DNA from: Octopus sinensis
Taxonomy: Eukaryota
Assembly (NCBI RefSeq): GCF_006345805.1
Contig: NW_021834402.1
Location: 1 to 64,000 of the forward strand
Reading direction: 5' to 3'
DNA: 64,000 bases
Shown piece by piece: positions 26,261 to 40,238 of the stretch; position 1 is the stretch's first letter, and each line of letters starts with the position of its first letter. The notes under the pieces are model-generated. The model made no database searches. It was not told where the DNA came from and saw only the letters and a program-made list of their open reading frames with translations. The position numbers and the translations under genes were made by a program.

Positions 26261-27010
26261 TGTCATTCGTGTATGTTTAGTAGATAAAAAGTCATTCGTA
26301 TTAACGTCCATTTTCTTCTCTCAGCTTTTGTTTATATCTGTCGTCATTGTAATGGCGTATTCTCATCCTGTATCTTTATTACTGTCTCTTATCTATCCCC
26401 GTCCTCTTTGTTTTCCTCTTACCCTTTCTCTCCCGTCTCTCTTTCTCTCTCTCCCTCTAGCTCTCTTCTGTTACACTCTTCTTCTCTCTTCCACAAAAGC
26501 AACCTTTCTCTTTTCACTGCTTCATATCTTTCATTTACTTTCATTTCTCCGAACACGGTTTTTGTTTTATATTTCTCTATCTGACATTCGCTAATGCTGC
26601 CTCTGTGTACAACCTAAATTTTCACAATAGCCTTTCTTCCTACACTTCCTTCTTGTTCCTCTCTTTGCCTTCCTTTCTCTCCTCCCTCACCACTTCACTG
26701 CTTTGTTCTGATGGTTCTTTCTCGATATTTCTTACCATTGTACTCCTTCCTTATTCTTTGTACTTCTCTACTAAATATGCACTTACACCAAAGATATGCC
26801 TTCATAATAGACAAACGTTCCGAACGTAACTAACCTAACTCTCAACATAGAATCATCTTTAAAGACAACGGTATTTCCAACGAATATTTTCTATATTCAC
26901 AACGTATGCTTTCAAAATATATCATAGATATTCGTATTAAAACATTTGTTTATTTATATGCATAAGTAATGCGTATGTATATATATATATTTATATATAT
27001 TCATTCTGTT

Positions 27011-27415
27011 GGCACAGGAGTGGCTGTGTGGTAAGCAGCTTGCCTACCAACCACATGGTTCTGGGTTCAGTCCCACTGCGTGGCATCTTGGGCAACTGTC
27101 TTCGGCTATAGCCCCGGGCCGACCAATGCCTTGTGAGTGGATTTGGTAGACGGAAACTGAAAGAAGCCTGTCGTATAATATATATATGTATGTGCGTGTA
27201 TATTTTTGTGTGTCTGTGTTTGTCCCCCTAGCATTGCTTGACAACTGATGCTCGTGTGTTTACATCCCCGTCACTTAGCGGTTTGGCAAAAGAGACCGAT
27301 AGAAGAAGTACTGGGCTTACAAAGAATAAGTCCCGGGGTCGATTTGCTCGACTAAAGGCGATGCTCCAGCATGGTCGCACTCAAATGACTGAAACAAGTA
27401 AAAGAGTAAAAGAGT
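27011..27415 (+). mobile_element. SINE-A, full length
   Basis: Same consensus; followed by (TA)n. Confidence 0.9.
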
Positions 27416-27418
27416 ATA

Positions 27419-27458
<40 letters not shown>

Positions 27459-27873
27459 TATACATATATACATACATACATATATATACATGAAGTTTAT
27501 GCGATTGCTAATTTCTGTGAAAGGTTGCCTCTGTGAGTTACTAGGATTAAAAGTTGAATACGCTACGTAATAGTTCGTATTCTGGTGTGGATTTTGTCCT
27601 CAGCAAGGGTACGTCACCCTTGATAGCAACCAATATATGGGTTGAGACAGAGAGAATAAAGTCAACCTGCAAATCTAGCGGTCAAGTGCACACACACACA
27701 CTCATATACACACAGAGAGATACACATACATATATATATAGTTAAAGGTATTCACGCATTGTTGATGAAACGATTAGAAGCGTCAATATTCAAGATAAAC
27801 TTTGATTGCACTAGTATATTTCTACACTGGAAGCCGTCCAGTATTCTCGAGGGTTTCAAATAAGCAACAAATA

Positions 27874-29052
27874 CAGGGAGTCCCAAAAATATTGATATCA
27901 TTTCGGAGTTAATAACATAGCTAGTCCTCACTCAAATAGTCTCAAATTTTAACAAAATGTGTAAAAACTAACTTTGGATCGGGCATTCCAGTGATAATGA
28001 CAAGGTGCTGTTGAAATGATTATCACGTTCACTTGACTTGAGATTTTGTGATTTTTCTTCTATGGGGCTATGTCAAAGGATTGGTCCATATCCCCATATT
28101 TTCCTACAAGCCTAGAGGAACTCACAAAGAGAATCCCCGAAGTGCTGGAGAAAGTTACGCAAGACCTGCAACAGCGTATCTATTTCTTTACTACCCGCAA
28201 GGGGCTAAACACAAAGAAGACAAACAAGGACAGACAAACCGATTAAGTCGATTATATCGACCTCAGTGCGTAACTGGTATTTAATTTATCGACCCCGAAA
28301 GGATGAAAGGCACAGTCGACCTCAGCGGAATTTGAACTCAGAACGTAGCGGTAGATGAAATACCAATTTCTTTACTACCCACAGGGGCTAAACACAGAGA
28401 GCGCAAACAAGGACAGACTAACATCGACCCCAGTGCGTAACTAGTATTTAATTTATCGACCCCGAAAGGATGAAAGACAAAGTCGACCTCGGCGGAATTT
28501 GAACTTAACGGCAGAACTTAACGGCAGACGAAATACGGCTACGCATTTCGCCACCGGCGTGCTAACGTTTCTGCCAGTTCGCCGCCTTTTCTTTTTTTTT
28601 CTTCTCAGACAAATGCCTCAAAGACAGCAATGTAAAAAAAGTTGTCAGAACTTCGAAAGCACAAAAGCTGCACCACGAAGAGAACAACAGATCTTCAGAA
28701 TCGTGAATGTCATCACCGAAATCCTGCGTATCTGGCAGGAGTTAAACTACCGGCTTACAGAGAATCTCCGAAGCGCTGGAGAAAGTTACGCAAGGCCTGC
28801 AAAAGCGTATCTGGCAAAGTTGGACTGCCGACTTGACGTGTGTCATGTCACAGGCGGTGCATTTATCGAACATTTATGAAGCCTTGTGAAACCGGTTATA
28901 AAAATCTACATCCCTTTGGATCACCTGTTCGAATTTTGATAAATAATTCTACTATTGTTCAACATGAAGCCAACCTGATCTCGTTTGAGTAAGCTTTGTA
29001 GTTACTCAGATATTCACATTTCAAACGATGTCAATAATAGGGGATCACCCTG
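27874..29052 (+). mobile_element. Internally deleted Tc1/mariner-superfamily DNA transposon
   Basis: TA flanks. Imperfect TIRs cagggagtcccaaaaatattgatatcattt and (rc) cagggtgatcccctattattgacatcgttt. Transposase C-terminal remnants (S)LDLRFCDF/FLWGYVKGLV and LDCRLDVCHVTGGAFIEHL*. Confidence 0.82.
28180..28586 (-). mobile_element. SINE-B dimer (one head, two bodies) inside a Tc1/mariner derivative
   Basis: Head at ~28525-28586. Bodies joined at cggtagatgaaatacc|aatttcttt (28349-28365). Confidence 0.9.
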
Positions 29053-29916
29053 TATATATACATACATATATAATGTATGTGTATATGTGTGTATGTGTGT
29101 TTTCATGTACATTTATGCATATGTAGGAAGAATAAGAATCAATTTCAATAATAAAAGTTAAAAAAAGAACAATAAATAAAGAAATAAACAAAAGCAGTAT
29201 TTTGTTTTGTCTGACATTCTACATATTTTTTTGTTGTTATGCGTTTCGTTTACATATAAGATTTTTCTTTTTTAATATCTCTCCCTCCCTGACTCTCTCT
29301 CTCTCTCTCTCTCTCTCTTACACTTACTCACACACATTCACACACACTCACACACATGCGCGCGCTTTCTCTTGCGCACATATACATTTACACGTACGCA
29401 CCACACGCTGAAAAGTTAGCATGTTATCTCCTCTACGTATCTACAAAACCTTGAATCATCTGACAAATTTCTGACTGTTACAGGACAAATTCTACGTTCG
29501 TACAAACCAGAAAGACACCAAGCAATCGGATATGAGAGAAATCTTGTCTCATATCTGTTGCCTTGATGTCTACACACAATTGACACGGTTTCATCATATT
29601 TTTCTTGTAGTTTTACTTTTTTTCTGTCATTTTTTTTTCTGTAGCTAGTATCATAACTGCTGTATCACATTAACCGACCGAGAGACGCAGTCCAGCCCTA
29701 CTAGCTCTCTCTCACTCAGATTTGCCATATAAATTGTATATATGATCACAAACAGTGCAACAAGGAGATACGCTTTAATAGGGTAACCCGGCGTTGCCTG
29801 TGTGAAATAAATATATAAGCATGTTTATACTGTCCTTCATATATATATATACATATACATATGTCATTTAGAATGAAGAGGTGCGAATTGTACATCTACT
29901 GAATGTCATATACATA

Positions 29917-29952
<36 letters not shown>

Positions 29953-29956
<4 letters not shown>

Positions 29957-30158
29957 ACCCAAACAAGAAAGCACAAAAAACACAACAATGCGAGGACGTG
30001 GAACAAATATAGTATTATTGGACGCTCAGGTAAGAAGGAAAGAAGGAGGGTTTATCGTTTCGAGCGGAGCTCTTCGTCAGAAACATAGGAGAAGGAAAGA
30101 TCCAGAGAAGGGAAGACAGAGGTAAAAAAAAAAGCCAACGGTACACACGAGGTCACAT
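29953..30158 (-). mobile_element. ~205-bp Penelope-like pLTR / retrozyme-like element with hammerhead core
   Basis: Minus gtttCTGACGAagagctccgctcGAAACgataaac; embedded in (TA)n; near-identical second copy at 55448-55643. Confidence 0.65.
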
Positions 30159-30827
30159 TTATATATATATATATATATATCACGGTGATATTGTTTCCGT
30201 ACTCAAGCGAATCAACCAGGTGGCCGTCTAATGTTCATGATGATGATGATGATGATGATTATGATGATGTTGATGATGATCATGATGATGACGATGAGGA
30301 TGATAGCGGCTTGGTAACAATTGCCTCTGAGTTACGCACAAGGCTTGCAGTCGTTGCAAGTTAGGATGTTGAATGGGTAAATAGAAAAAAGCCACTGATT
30401 GTCTGATACGTTAGTGAAACAAAACAAGTGGGGACGAGAGGCAAAGATGATCTTGATGGGAGATTGAACCCAAAACCTATAGAGCGTCATCAAATACTGC
30501 AAGCCATTTGTTTCGCTGTTCTAACCATTCTGCCGTGCCACCGCCCTTAGGATAGAAATCCAATAATAGTTACATGAGTAGCTAGATATATGTCTAAGGA
30601 AGCACGAAGTGGTATTGGTTTTTAAGCTAGTTACCGCTTCCGGGCGTAGTAACTTCTATTGAATGTCTATTGTTTCTGACTACAATTATCTGACGACGCC
30701 TTATACCATATTTGCATTTTGAATTTAGTTTAGTTTTATATTCTGTAACTTTATTCCTTTTAAATATTTCTAAATAATGTGCAAACTTTATAATAATAAT
30801 TATCTCATTTCATAGGGCTAACAAACA

Positions 30828-30880
<53 letters not shown>

Positions 30881-30903
30881 GTATGCACACATATATCTAC
30901 GTA

Positions 30904-30951
<48 letters not shown>

Positions 30952-30953
30952 AC

Positions 30954-30990
<37 letters not shown>

Positions 30991-31079
30991 TAGAAAGATA
31001 GATAGATACATACATACACACATACGTATACATAAACATACTAACATATATGTGTGTGTATGCGACGTTTGCATGTTGA

Positions 31080-31110
<31 letters not shown>

Positions 31111-31115
31111 ATATA

Positions 31116-31167
<52 letters not shown>

Positions 31168-32023
31168 ATTTATGTATGTATGTATCATATATATGTATTA
31201 ATATGTGGTGTGAATATGTATGTATGCGAGTGTGTGTTGCGTGTCTATGTGTCTCCGTGTCTATGTCTCTGTGTGTGCTTGTGCGCATGTGTAATGCAAT
31301 CGTCGTCTGGTGTGGTTTCGTTACAGATATTTCGTGTCCGTGTTTTTATTTTAATGTCTTGTATACGACACATTTGTCATCTGATATATTTGCACGAAAG
31401 TTTTCAATGTGCATTTGCATTTCATTTAAATTTTTCAAACGAAATTTTATTCAAACATACCGGAAGTATATTGTAAGTTGAGCTTGTAATTTCAATAGAC
31501 GTAGAAGTATAATAAATTACACTAATACACTCAAACTATGAAAATGTATACATCGCATGTATACATACATGCATAATAATTTCACTTACCTACATTCATA
31601 ATCTGAGCTTATAGCTCATATATGATTATGATTAGAGGCAAACTTACGCACGTATATACGATTACAAACAATGATACACACACACATGTATGGAAGCACG
31701 TAGGTGTGTGTATAATTATGAGTGCGTTTGCTTGAATTAGAGGTGTTTTGTTATCAAACAAATGAAAAACGGATCATTATACCTGCATTCGAATGCGCAT
31801 AAATGTTTGTTTACGTGCTTTGGTTTGTCAATTGTTTTTACATTTACGTACGTACGTATGTATGTATGCATGTATACTTGCATGCACCTATGTGTTTATG
31901 TACGCATGTATGTATGTATGTATGTATGTATGTACGTATGTATTTATGTATGTATATAACATATAAACGTATATTCGCATATATGTGCATGTATTTATGC
32001 TTACATGCACGTTGGGAGGTATT

Positions 32024-32064
<41 letters not shown>

Positions 32065-32094
32065 TATATATATATATATATACATATATATCAA

Positions 32095-32138
<44 letters not shown>

Positions 32139-32244
32139 CAATATATATATATATACATACATATATATGTGTGTGTACATATATATTGTTATACTGACGT
32201 ATATATTAGCACAGGTATTTGTATATATATCAGCCTATATATGC

Positions 32245-32276
<32 letters not shown>

Positions 32277-32392
32277 ATGTGTGTATAATTTATATGCATA
32301 TATGCATGCACATACATATATGCATATATGTGTAAATATATATCTATGTATATGTGTGTACGTATACATGTATATATATGAATGTGTGTACA

Positions 32393-32449
<57 letters not shown>

Positions 32450-32812
32450 ATATATATAGATATATATATATATATTATATATACACACACACATATATTC
32501 TTACTGATAGTTCTAATTACTGTTTCTGTTCATCTTTGTATACCTATCATTCTACACATTTTAAAATTAATTTTATTCTGATTATGGGAGGACCACCTTG
32601 TTTTAAATACTTAAGTGTAGTTCTTTACCCAATTAAATTTTAAGTCGTGATTGAGGGTCCAATAAGGTTAGGTCATAATCAAGGACCCCAATATGAGTCC
32701 TTCTCACACTTTCGCAGAAACAGCTGTAAGCTACTGAAATCCTAAAGTTAACTGCATATCCCTTTGCCATTTTAATTTCTCATATATACATACATATATA
32801 TATATATATATA

Positions 32813-33218
32813 TGGCTGTGTGGTAAGTAGCTTGCTAACCAACCACATGGTTCCGGGTTCAGTCCTACTGCGTGGCATCTTGGGCGAGTGTCTTCTGCTA
32901 TAGCCCCGGGCCGACCAATGCCTTGTGAGTGTATTTGGTAGACGGAAACTGAAAGAAGCCTGTCGTATATATGTATGTATATATATATATGTGTGTGTAT
33001 GTCTGTGTGTTTGTGTGTGTGAGTTTGTCCCCCTAGCATTGCTTGACAACCGATGCTGGTGTGTTTACGTCCCCGTCACTTAGCGGTTCGGCAAAAAAGA
33101 CCGATAGAATAAGTACTGGGCTTCCAAAGAATAAGTCCCGGGGTCGATTTGCTCGACTAAAGGCGGTGCTCCAGCATGGCCGCAGTCAAATGACTGAAAC
33201 AAGTAAAAGAGTAAAAGA

Positions 33219-33220
<2 letters not shown>
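32813..33220 (+). mobile_element. SINE-A, near full length, in (TA)n
   Basis: Same consensus; (TA)n on both sides. Confidence 0.9.
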
Positions 33221-33275
<55 letters not shown>

Positions 33276-33389
33276 AATTTATTTTAGGGAATAAAAATTC
33301 CGGATAACAAGGGTTCAGATTATTGTTCCCTATTCATTGTTATAGTCTAGGATCGACTCAAGACCTGTAGGTTAATCTATGTGAATGTG

Positions 33390-33660
33390 TGGTTTACTGG
33401 TTAAGGTATTCGGCTTGTGAAGATATGGGTTTGATTTTCGCTGCTCCTATTCACTCAAATAGGAAAAATAAGTGGTACCTGTAATTCAATGGGCCATCCT
33501 TGTCATAACATTTGTCACACTGAATCTCCGTGAGAATTACGTTAAGGGTAAGCGTGCCTGTGGAGTGCTCAGCCACTTGCACGTTAATTTCACGAAAAGG
33601 CTTTTCTGTCGATCGGAATAAACTGGAACCATCATCGGTGTCGTTACCGACGGAATCCGA
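33390..33660 (+). mobile_element. SINE-C, diverged
   Basis: gtggagtgctcagccacttgcacgttaatttcacga tail domain. Confidence 0.7.
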
Positions 33661-33914
33661 ACGGAAAATTGTATAAAAACGTGTTGGATCTATTGCACCA
33701 GTGATTGAGAGTTAAACCCTTGTCCCGCACTGTGTCACAGTCATTATAACTGAGGATTACGTCATGAGTCACGTGTCTGTGGGTAGCTCAGATATTTCGA
33801 CTGTAATTCAGGAACAGGTTATTCAGTTGATAGGCTAACTGAATCCTTATTGTTGGAAACCATTGCAAACCGTCCATCCTTCCAGCTGTCCGCGAGTCAG
33901 CCTATCAACCCATT

Positions 33915-34600
33915 CTTCCGTCCATCCATCCGTCCTACCATCCATTCATCCATCCGTCCGTCCGTCAGGTCCGTCCTACCACCCAACAATCAGTTCATCC
34001 ATCCATCTGTCAGTCCGTCTGTCCTACCATCCATTCATACATCCATCCGTGCATCCATCCATCCGTCAGTCCGTCCGTCCGTCCGTCAGTCCATCCATCC
34101 GTCAGTCCGTCCGTTCTACCATCTATCCATACATCTATCCGTGCATCCATCCATCCATCCATCCATCCATCCATCCATCCGTCCGTCCGTCCTCCATCCA
34201 TCCGTCAGTCCGTCTGTCCTACCATCCATCTATACATCTATCTGTGCATCCATCCATCCATCCATCCATCCGTCCGTCCGTTCTCCATCTATCCGTCAGT
34301 CCGTCCGTTCTACCATCCATCCATACATCTATCCGTGCATCCATCCATCCATCCATCCATCCATCCATCCATCCATCCGTCCGTCCGTCCGTCAGTCCAT
34401 CCATCCGTCAGTCCGTCTGTCCTACCATCCATCCATACATCCATCCGTGCATCCATCCATCCATCCATCCGACAGTCCGTCCATCCATCCATCCGTCAGT
34501 CCGCCAGTCCTACCATCCATCCATCCATCCATCCATCCATCCTGTCCATTAACTCGACCGTCCGTCAGTCAGTCAGTCGGTCGGCCGGTCGGTCGGTCGG
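33915..34600. repeat. Complex (CCAT/CCGT)n satellite with higher-order units
   Basis: About five copies of the anchor cgtcagtccgtcygtyctaccatc...atacatcyatcygtgcatcc separated by variable (CCAT)n. Confidence 0.9.
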
Positions 34601-35169
34601 TCGGTCCGTTCGTCCAGCCATACTTCCATCATTCTATATCACATATGACAAAATAAGTAGTTAACAAATCTTCAAAATGTAGTCTAATTAAATGCAAGGC
34701 ACAAATGCGGCTAGAAAACTCCAAACTCGGGTGTTAGAAGGTTATGTAGACAGAGCGAAAGATAAGGTTATGGACTGGAACAAAGAACCAGAAAGAGAGT
34801 GAGAGAGGGAGAGATGGAGAGAGAGAGATGGAGAAAGAGAAAGAGAAGGAGAGAGAGGCTTTGGAGGGCAGAAATAGTGAAAGACAGAAACTAAAATTTA
34901 CATAAGAATATTTTCTCATACGTTCTTATATTTTAGTAGTAAATGTTGTAATTAAATACATAAGACATAATTATATGTAATTAACTTAATTGTGTAGTTA
35001 GTATGAACGTTGTATGATGAAGAAAAAGACTTTGGTGGAATACGCAGGTGTATATTGTCATGGTTGTTTGTTGTTCTTGTTGTTTTTCTTGTCTAACCGA
35101 CTTATGAAGAAAGACATTTCAACGTTTAAAATAGCGACACTTTTCTTTGTTTTGTATTTTTTCTTTTTA

Positions 35170-35348
35170 TTGTCATTTGAATGCGGCCATGCTGAAGCAT
35201 CGCCCTTAGTCGAACAAGTCGACTTATTTTTTGTAAGCCTAGTAATTAATTTTATCGGTCACTTTTGCCGCACCGTTATGTTACGTGGACATAAAGACAT
35301 CAACATCGCTGTCAAACGATTGTGGGGTGACACACACAAACACACACA

Positions 35349-35379
<31 letters not shown>

Positions 35380-35546
35380 GACGGTCCATTTCCAGATACC
35401 GTCTACCAAATCCACTTACAGGGCAAGGCTTTCATTAGCCCGGGGTCATAGGAGAAAACACTTGCCAAAGGTGCCATGCAGTGGAACTGAACCCGGTACT
35501 ATGTTGTTGGGAAGCAAGTTGCTTGCCCCACAGACGCACCTGCACC
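35170..35546 (-). mobile_element. SINE-A, diverged
   Basis: Recognisable head (gaacccgg, gcaagttgcttg) and tail (gtcatttgaatgcggccatgctg). Confidence 0.75.
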
Positions 35547-35841
35547 TGTTTCCTAATTATTGAAATTTTTATTCAATGCGTCCCATTTTCGTGTTTTCCT
35601 TGGTATAATTCCGTATCAAGAGCAACAGAATCGGCAACTCTTTCCAGGTGGCTGATTAATTAAGAGATTGAAATCACAGGAAAAATTATCTACTAATTGC
35701 TCTTATTTCTACTCAGTGGTTTGACATATGCAATGAAATTTCATAGCACTTAATGAACGCTACTCTAACATCCTCTATGTTCGTATATCACTTTCATCTA
35801 TCTATCTATCTATCTATCATCTATCTATCTATCTATCTATC

Positions 35842-35891
<50 letters not shown>

Positions 35892-36195
35892 TTATCTATC
35901 TATCTGTCTATCTATCTCTTTCTGCCTCTCCCTCTGTCTCTCTCTCTCTCTGTCACTATATCTATGCATATAAATGCATAGATAAATTGTAAATATACAT
36001 ACACACATACATACATGCATACATACATACATATATATATATATATGTATGTATGTATACATATACATATATGGATAATGATATATATATGATAAATGAT
36101 TTTATAGGCATATACATATATGATAAATTATTATATATACATTTATTTAACGCATTAATAATTAACGAATACGTATATATATATATATATATATA

Positions 36196-36625
36196 AAACT
36201 TAGAAACTTAGATATGTTTCGACCAAAGATTGGTCCAGGCCATGTCTAACTTAATGGCACCACCTGATAGGATTATTCGAATCCTGTTTAAGTCAAGTTT
36301 TGTTCAAGTAGTGAGTTCTTGTTGGGTGAGTTGTATCAAGTTTTGTTCAAGTAGTGAGTTCTTGTTGGGTGAGTTGTATCCAATTATGGGTGGCTTATCT
36401 GGTATTCTTTGAAGGAATCTATCCAGACTCTGTTTAAAGTTGATGGGATCCTTTTCCTCTTTGATCTCCCTCGGGACAATGTTAAATAGGGCAGGGCCTG
36501 TTGAGGAAAAGAAATTATGTTGCATTGTACATGTATGTTGTGATCTTGAATTGGGCAGGGGACGTATAGCCCGTGGTCCAAGTCTTGGATGAACCTTAAA
36601 GCTAATGTTTAGGTCGTTTGGGCAA
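36196..36625 (-). mobile_element. CR1/L2-group LINE 3' end
   Basis: Track ORF 36304-36669 GPALFNIVP...FKQSLDRFLQRIPDKP...NSLL is a typical RT C-terminus. Short (ctaagttt)-type tail repeat; internal 45-bp tandem duplication at ~36292-36380. Confidence 0.75.
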
Positions 36626-36684
36626 AGTTGGCGGTATATTTTCCACATCGTACAAATACTTACATACATATATATATTCCATTG

Positions 36685-37005
36685 CTTGTTTCAGTCATTT
36701 GACTGCGGCCATGCTGGAACACCACCTTTAGTCGAATAAATCGACCCAAGAACTTATTCCTTATAAGCCTATTATATAGGTCACTTTTGACGAACTGCTA
36801 TATTTCGGAACGTAAACACATTAACAGCGGTTATGAAGCAATGGTGTGGGTACAAACACAGGCACACATACATACACCCATACACAAACAAATATATATA
36901 TACGACGGGATTCTTTAAGTTTCCATCTACCAAATCCACTCTCAAGGTTTGGTCGGCCCGAGACTATAATAGAAGACAATTACCCAAGGTGCCACGCAGT
37001 GGGAA
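36685..37005 (-). mobile_element. SINE-A, 5'-truncated
   Basis: gtttcagtcatttgactgcggccatgctgg...cccaaggtgccacgcagtggga. Confidence 0.8.
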
Positions 37006-37140
37006 TGAACGCACATATAGTTGTGATGCATGTGCCTAGTGTACACTTATCAGACTGGTTGTCATGATGGGTATATTGGGCTTCGTATATTTCTACCCTA
37101 GTGTCACTTTGATGGCACGCGTTACTCTCTCACTCAATAC

Positions 37141-37214
<74 letters not shown>

Positions 37215-37267
37215 TATAGCACTCTATACACACATACACAAACAAACGCAAACACACACATACACAA

Positions 37268-37298
<31 letters not shown>

Positions 37299-38022
37299 GG
37301 CCGGGCTTCTTTCATACTCCATCTACGAAATCCACTCACAAGGCATTCATTTTTAACTTCTGTCAATTAGAGACAATTAACTGATATGTGTATACACACA
37401 CATCCATATATACACACACCGATATACATACATATATATATATATATGTATTAGAAACAAAAGCTTAGCTTTATTCCTGAGAAAAACAAAACAGCTACGC
37501 TAAAATTAAAACAGATAAAATAAAAAGAAAACAAAACGAGAAATAAAAGCGAGAAACCCTGGGGGTTACATGTGTTGATGAATAGAACGAGAATCTATAT
37601 AGGAAAGAAAAACAAAATAATGTATTCGCATGGACAACAACAACAACATCAACAACAACAGGAGCAGCAGCAACAGTAACAATAACAATAAGAAGTAATA
37701 AGTAACGATATTTGTTTCAAATCATATCAATGATAGCGTGCTAGTGGTACATGGATGAACCTCTAAACACAAGCTACTTTCCATGATGTCGTCCCTTTGG
37801 GAATATCTCTGCTCTTCTGTTCAGCACTCTTTCACCAAGACGTTATACACACACGCTATCTTCTACGTATGTTTATTTTCCCTTCTATGTATATATAGAT
37901 ATTTTTCGTTGTTGCTGTTGTTTGTTTCGCTTATTGTATTTGTCTAGTGAAATCCCTAGTGTCTCTTGAGTTCCTCTCTCCTCTCCTTTTCTCTTTTTTT
38001 TTTCTCTTTCCTACATTTTAAA

Positions 38023-38060
<38 letters not shown>

Positions 38061-38311
38061 CGCTCTCTCTATCTCTTTTCCTCGATGCTTTTCAATGCAT
38101 TTCAATGCATCTCCGATGACAATCTTTTGATTGCTTATGGAAACAGAACAAAACGCAAAAGGTAAAAAAATAAATAAATAAATAAGGAACTGAAATAAAG
38201 ATAAAAAAATAAAATAAAAATTAACAAAAAATAGATAAAAACATCTTTGTACAAAAGATAGTCTCTCAATGGTTTCTGCTGCTAAACCTTGTTGCAATCG
38301 CTTCTCTCGCA

Positions 38312-38319
<8 letters not shown>

Positions 38320-38400
<81 letters not shown>

Positions 38401-38422
38401 CAATAACAATAACAACAACAAC

Positions 38423-38459
<37 letters not shown>

Positions 38460-38468
38460 GTAATAATG

Positions 38469-38502
<34 letters not shown>

Positions 38503-38570
38503 TAATAATAATAATAATAATGATAATAGTAATAATAATAATAATAATTATAATAATAATACTACTACCA
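38320..38570. repeat. (ACT)n(AAT)n microsatellite
   Basis: Direct reading. Confidence 0.95.
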
Positions 38571-39270
38571 CCACAACTTGTTGCTACTGTTGTTGCTGAA
38601 ATTATTGTTATTAATATTAATATTGTTGTTGTTATTCTTATTCTTCTGCTTGCACTAAACTGCCTCTGTATCTCTCCGTATGATATTAAACGGAGCCAGC
38701 GAACAAAAGCGTTGCTTTCTATGAATATAAATATATTAGTGCATGTACGTGTGCGTGTGTGTGCGCGAGTGTGCGAGTACGAATGTGAGTCTGGACGTAT
38801 GAGTGTGTGTGTGTGTGTGTATGTGTATGTGTGTGTTTGAAGCAATGGTATATTCTCCATTATATATGTAACATTGTCCATTCACACGGAAACTCATGTT
38901 GAAGACGTAAATTATGGTCTTCACTTCAAAATACAAGCGTTAGTAATATATTTGTAGGCTTTCTCGATCCCCATATTTCTCGTATATTTCTTTTTCCGTT
39001 TCGACACATTCTCTGTTTTTGTGTATGGGAGTGTGTAGGTGTATACGTATCTACATACACACATAAGTATCGATGGATCTCCGTCGGTGTCGACGATGAA
39101 TATTCAGCTCTACGTTCAACTGAATGAACCTGGTAATTTACTTCACCTATAATTGAGAGAATTTTCAAAAAAATCCTGTACCCTTAACAAAATTCTGTGA
39201 CCGAATCATTGTGGCGAAACGCATGACAAAAACTGTAACTTTGAAGTGCAGGTAGTAAACATTCTTTTAA

Positions 39271-39687
39271 GGCGGTGAGCTGGCGGAATCGTTAGCACGC
39301 CGGGCGAAATGCTAAACGGTATTTCGCTTGCCGCTACGTTCTGAGTTCAAATTCCGCCGAGGTCGACTTGGCATTTCATCCTTTCGGAGTCGATTAAATG
39401 GGTACGAGTTACGCACTGGGGTCGATATAATCGACTTAATCCGTTCGTCTGTCCTTGTTTGTTCCCTCTGTGTTTAGACCCTTGTGGGTAGTAAAGAAAT
39501 AGGTATTTCATCTGCCGTTACGTTCTGATTTCAAATTCCGCCGAGGTCGAATTTGCCTTTCATCTTTTCGGGGTCGATAAATTAAGTACCAGTCACGCAC
39601 TGGGGTCGATGTAATCAACTTAATCCGTTTGTCTGTCCTTGTTTGTCCCCTCTATGTTTAGCCACTTGTGGGCAATAAAGAAATAAG
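39271..39687 (+). mobile_element. SINE-B dimer (one head, two bodies)
   Basis: Junction aaagaaata|ggtatttcatctgccg at 39501/39502. Imperfect flanking direct repeat aaacattcttttaag / aaacattttttaag. Confidence 0.9.
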
Positions 39688-39853
39688 AAAACATTTTTTA
39701 AGCTTCTGCATTGATTCCGTCTATCGAATTTTATTCACAAGGTATTTGGCATTCCTCCAAAATGTGACTCAAACAAATCGAACCCCATATTTCACATAAA
39801 CTTATGCATATAGATGTGCGTATCGGTATTTTTATACATACATGTGATAGTAT

Positions 39854-40238
39854 GGATGGAAGCACTCCGTCGGTTACGACGACGAGGGTTCCGGTTGATC
39901 CGATCAACGGAACAGCCTGCTCGTGAAATTAACGTGAAAGTGGCTGAGCACTCCACAGACACGTGTACCCTTAACGTAGTTCTCGGGGATATTCAGCGTG
40001 ACACAGAGAGTGACAAGGCCGGCCCTTTGAAATACAGGTATAACAGAAACAGGAAGTAATAGTGAGAGAAAGTTGTGGTGAAAGAGTACAGCAGGGATCA
40101 GCACCATCCCCTGCCGGAGCCTCGTGGAACTTTAGGTGTTTTCGCTCAATAAACACTCACAACGCCCGGTCTGGGAATCGAAACCGCGATCCTATGACCA
40201 CGAGTCCGCTGCCCTAACCACTGGGCCATTGCGCATCC
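39854..40238 (-). mobile_element. SINE-C (tRNA-derived, C2 variant), full length with TSD
   Basis: Minus head tggcccagtggttagggcagcggactc...ggtttcgattccc; tail ending ccgacggagtgc. Flanking repeat acatgtgatagtat / acatgagatagtat. Confidence 0.88.

Noticed and set aside
33850-34656. 268-aa and 229-aa ORFs (PSIH/SIHP repeats)
   Set aside because: Translations of the (CCAT)n satellite, which lacks stops in these frames.
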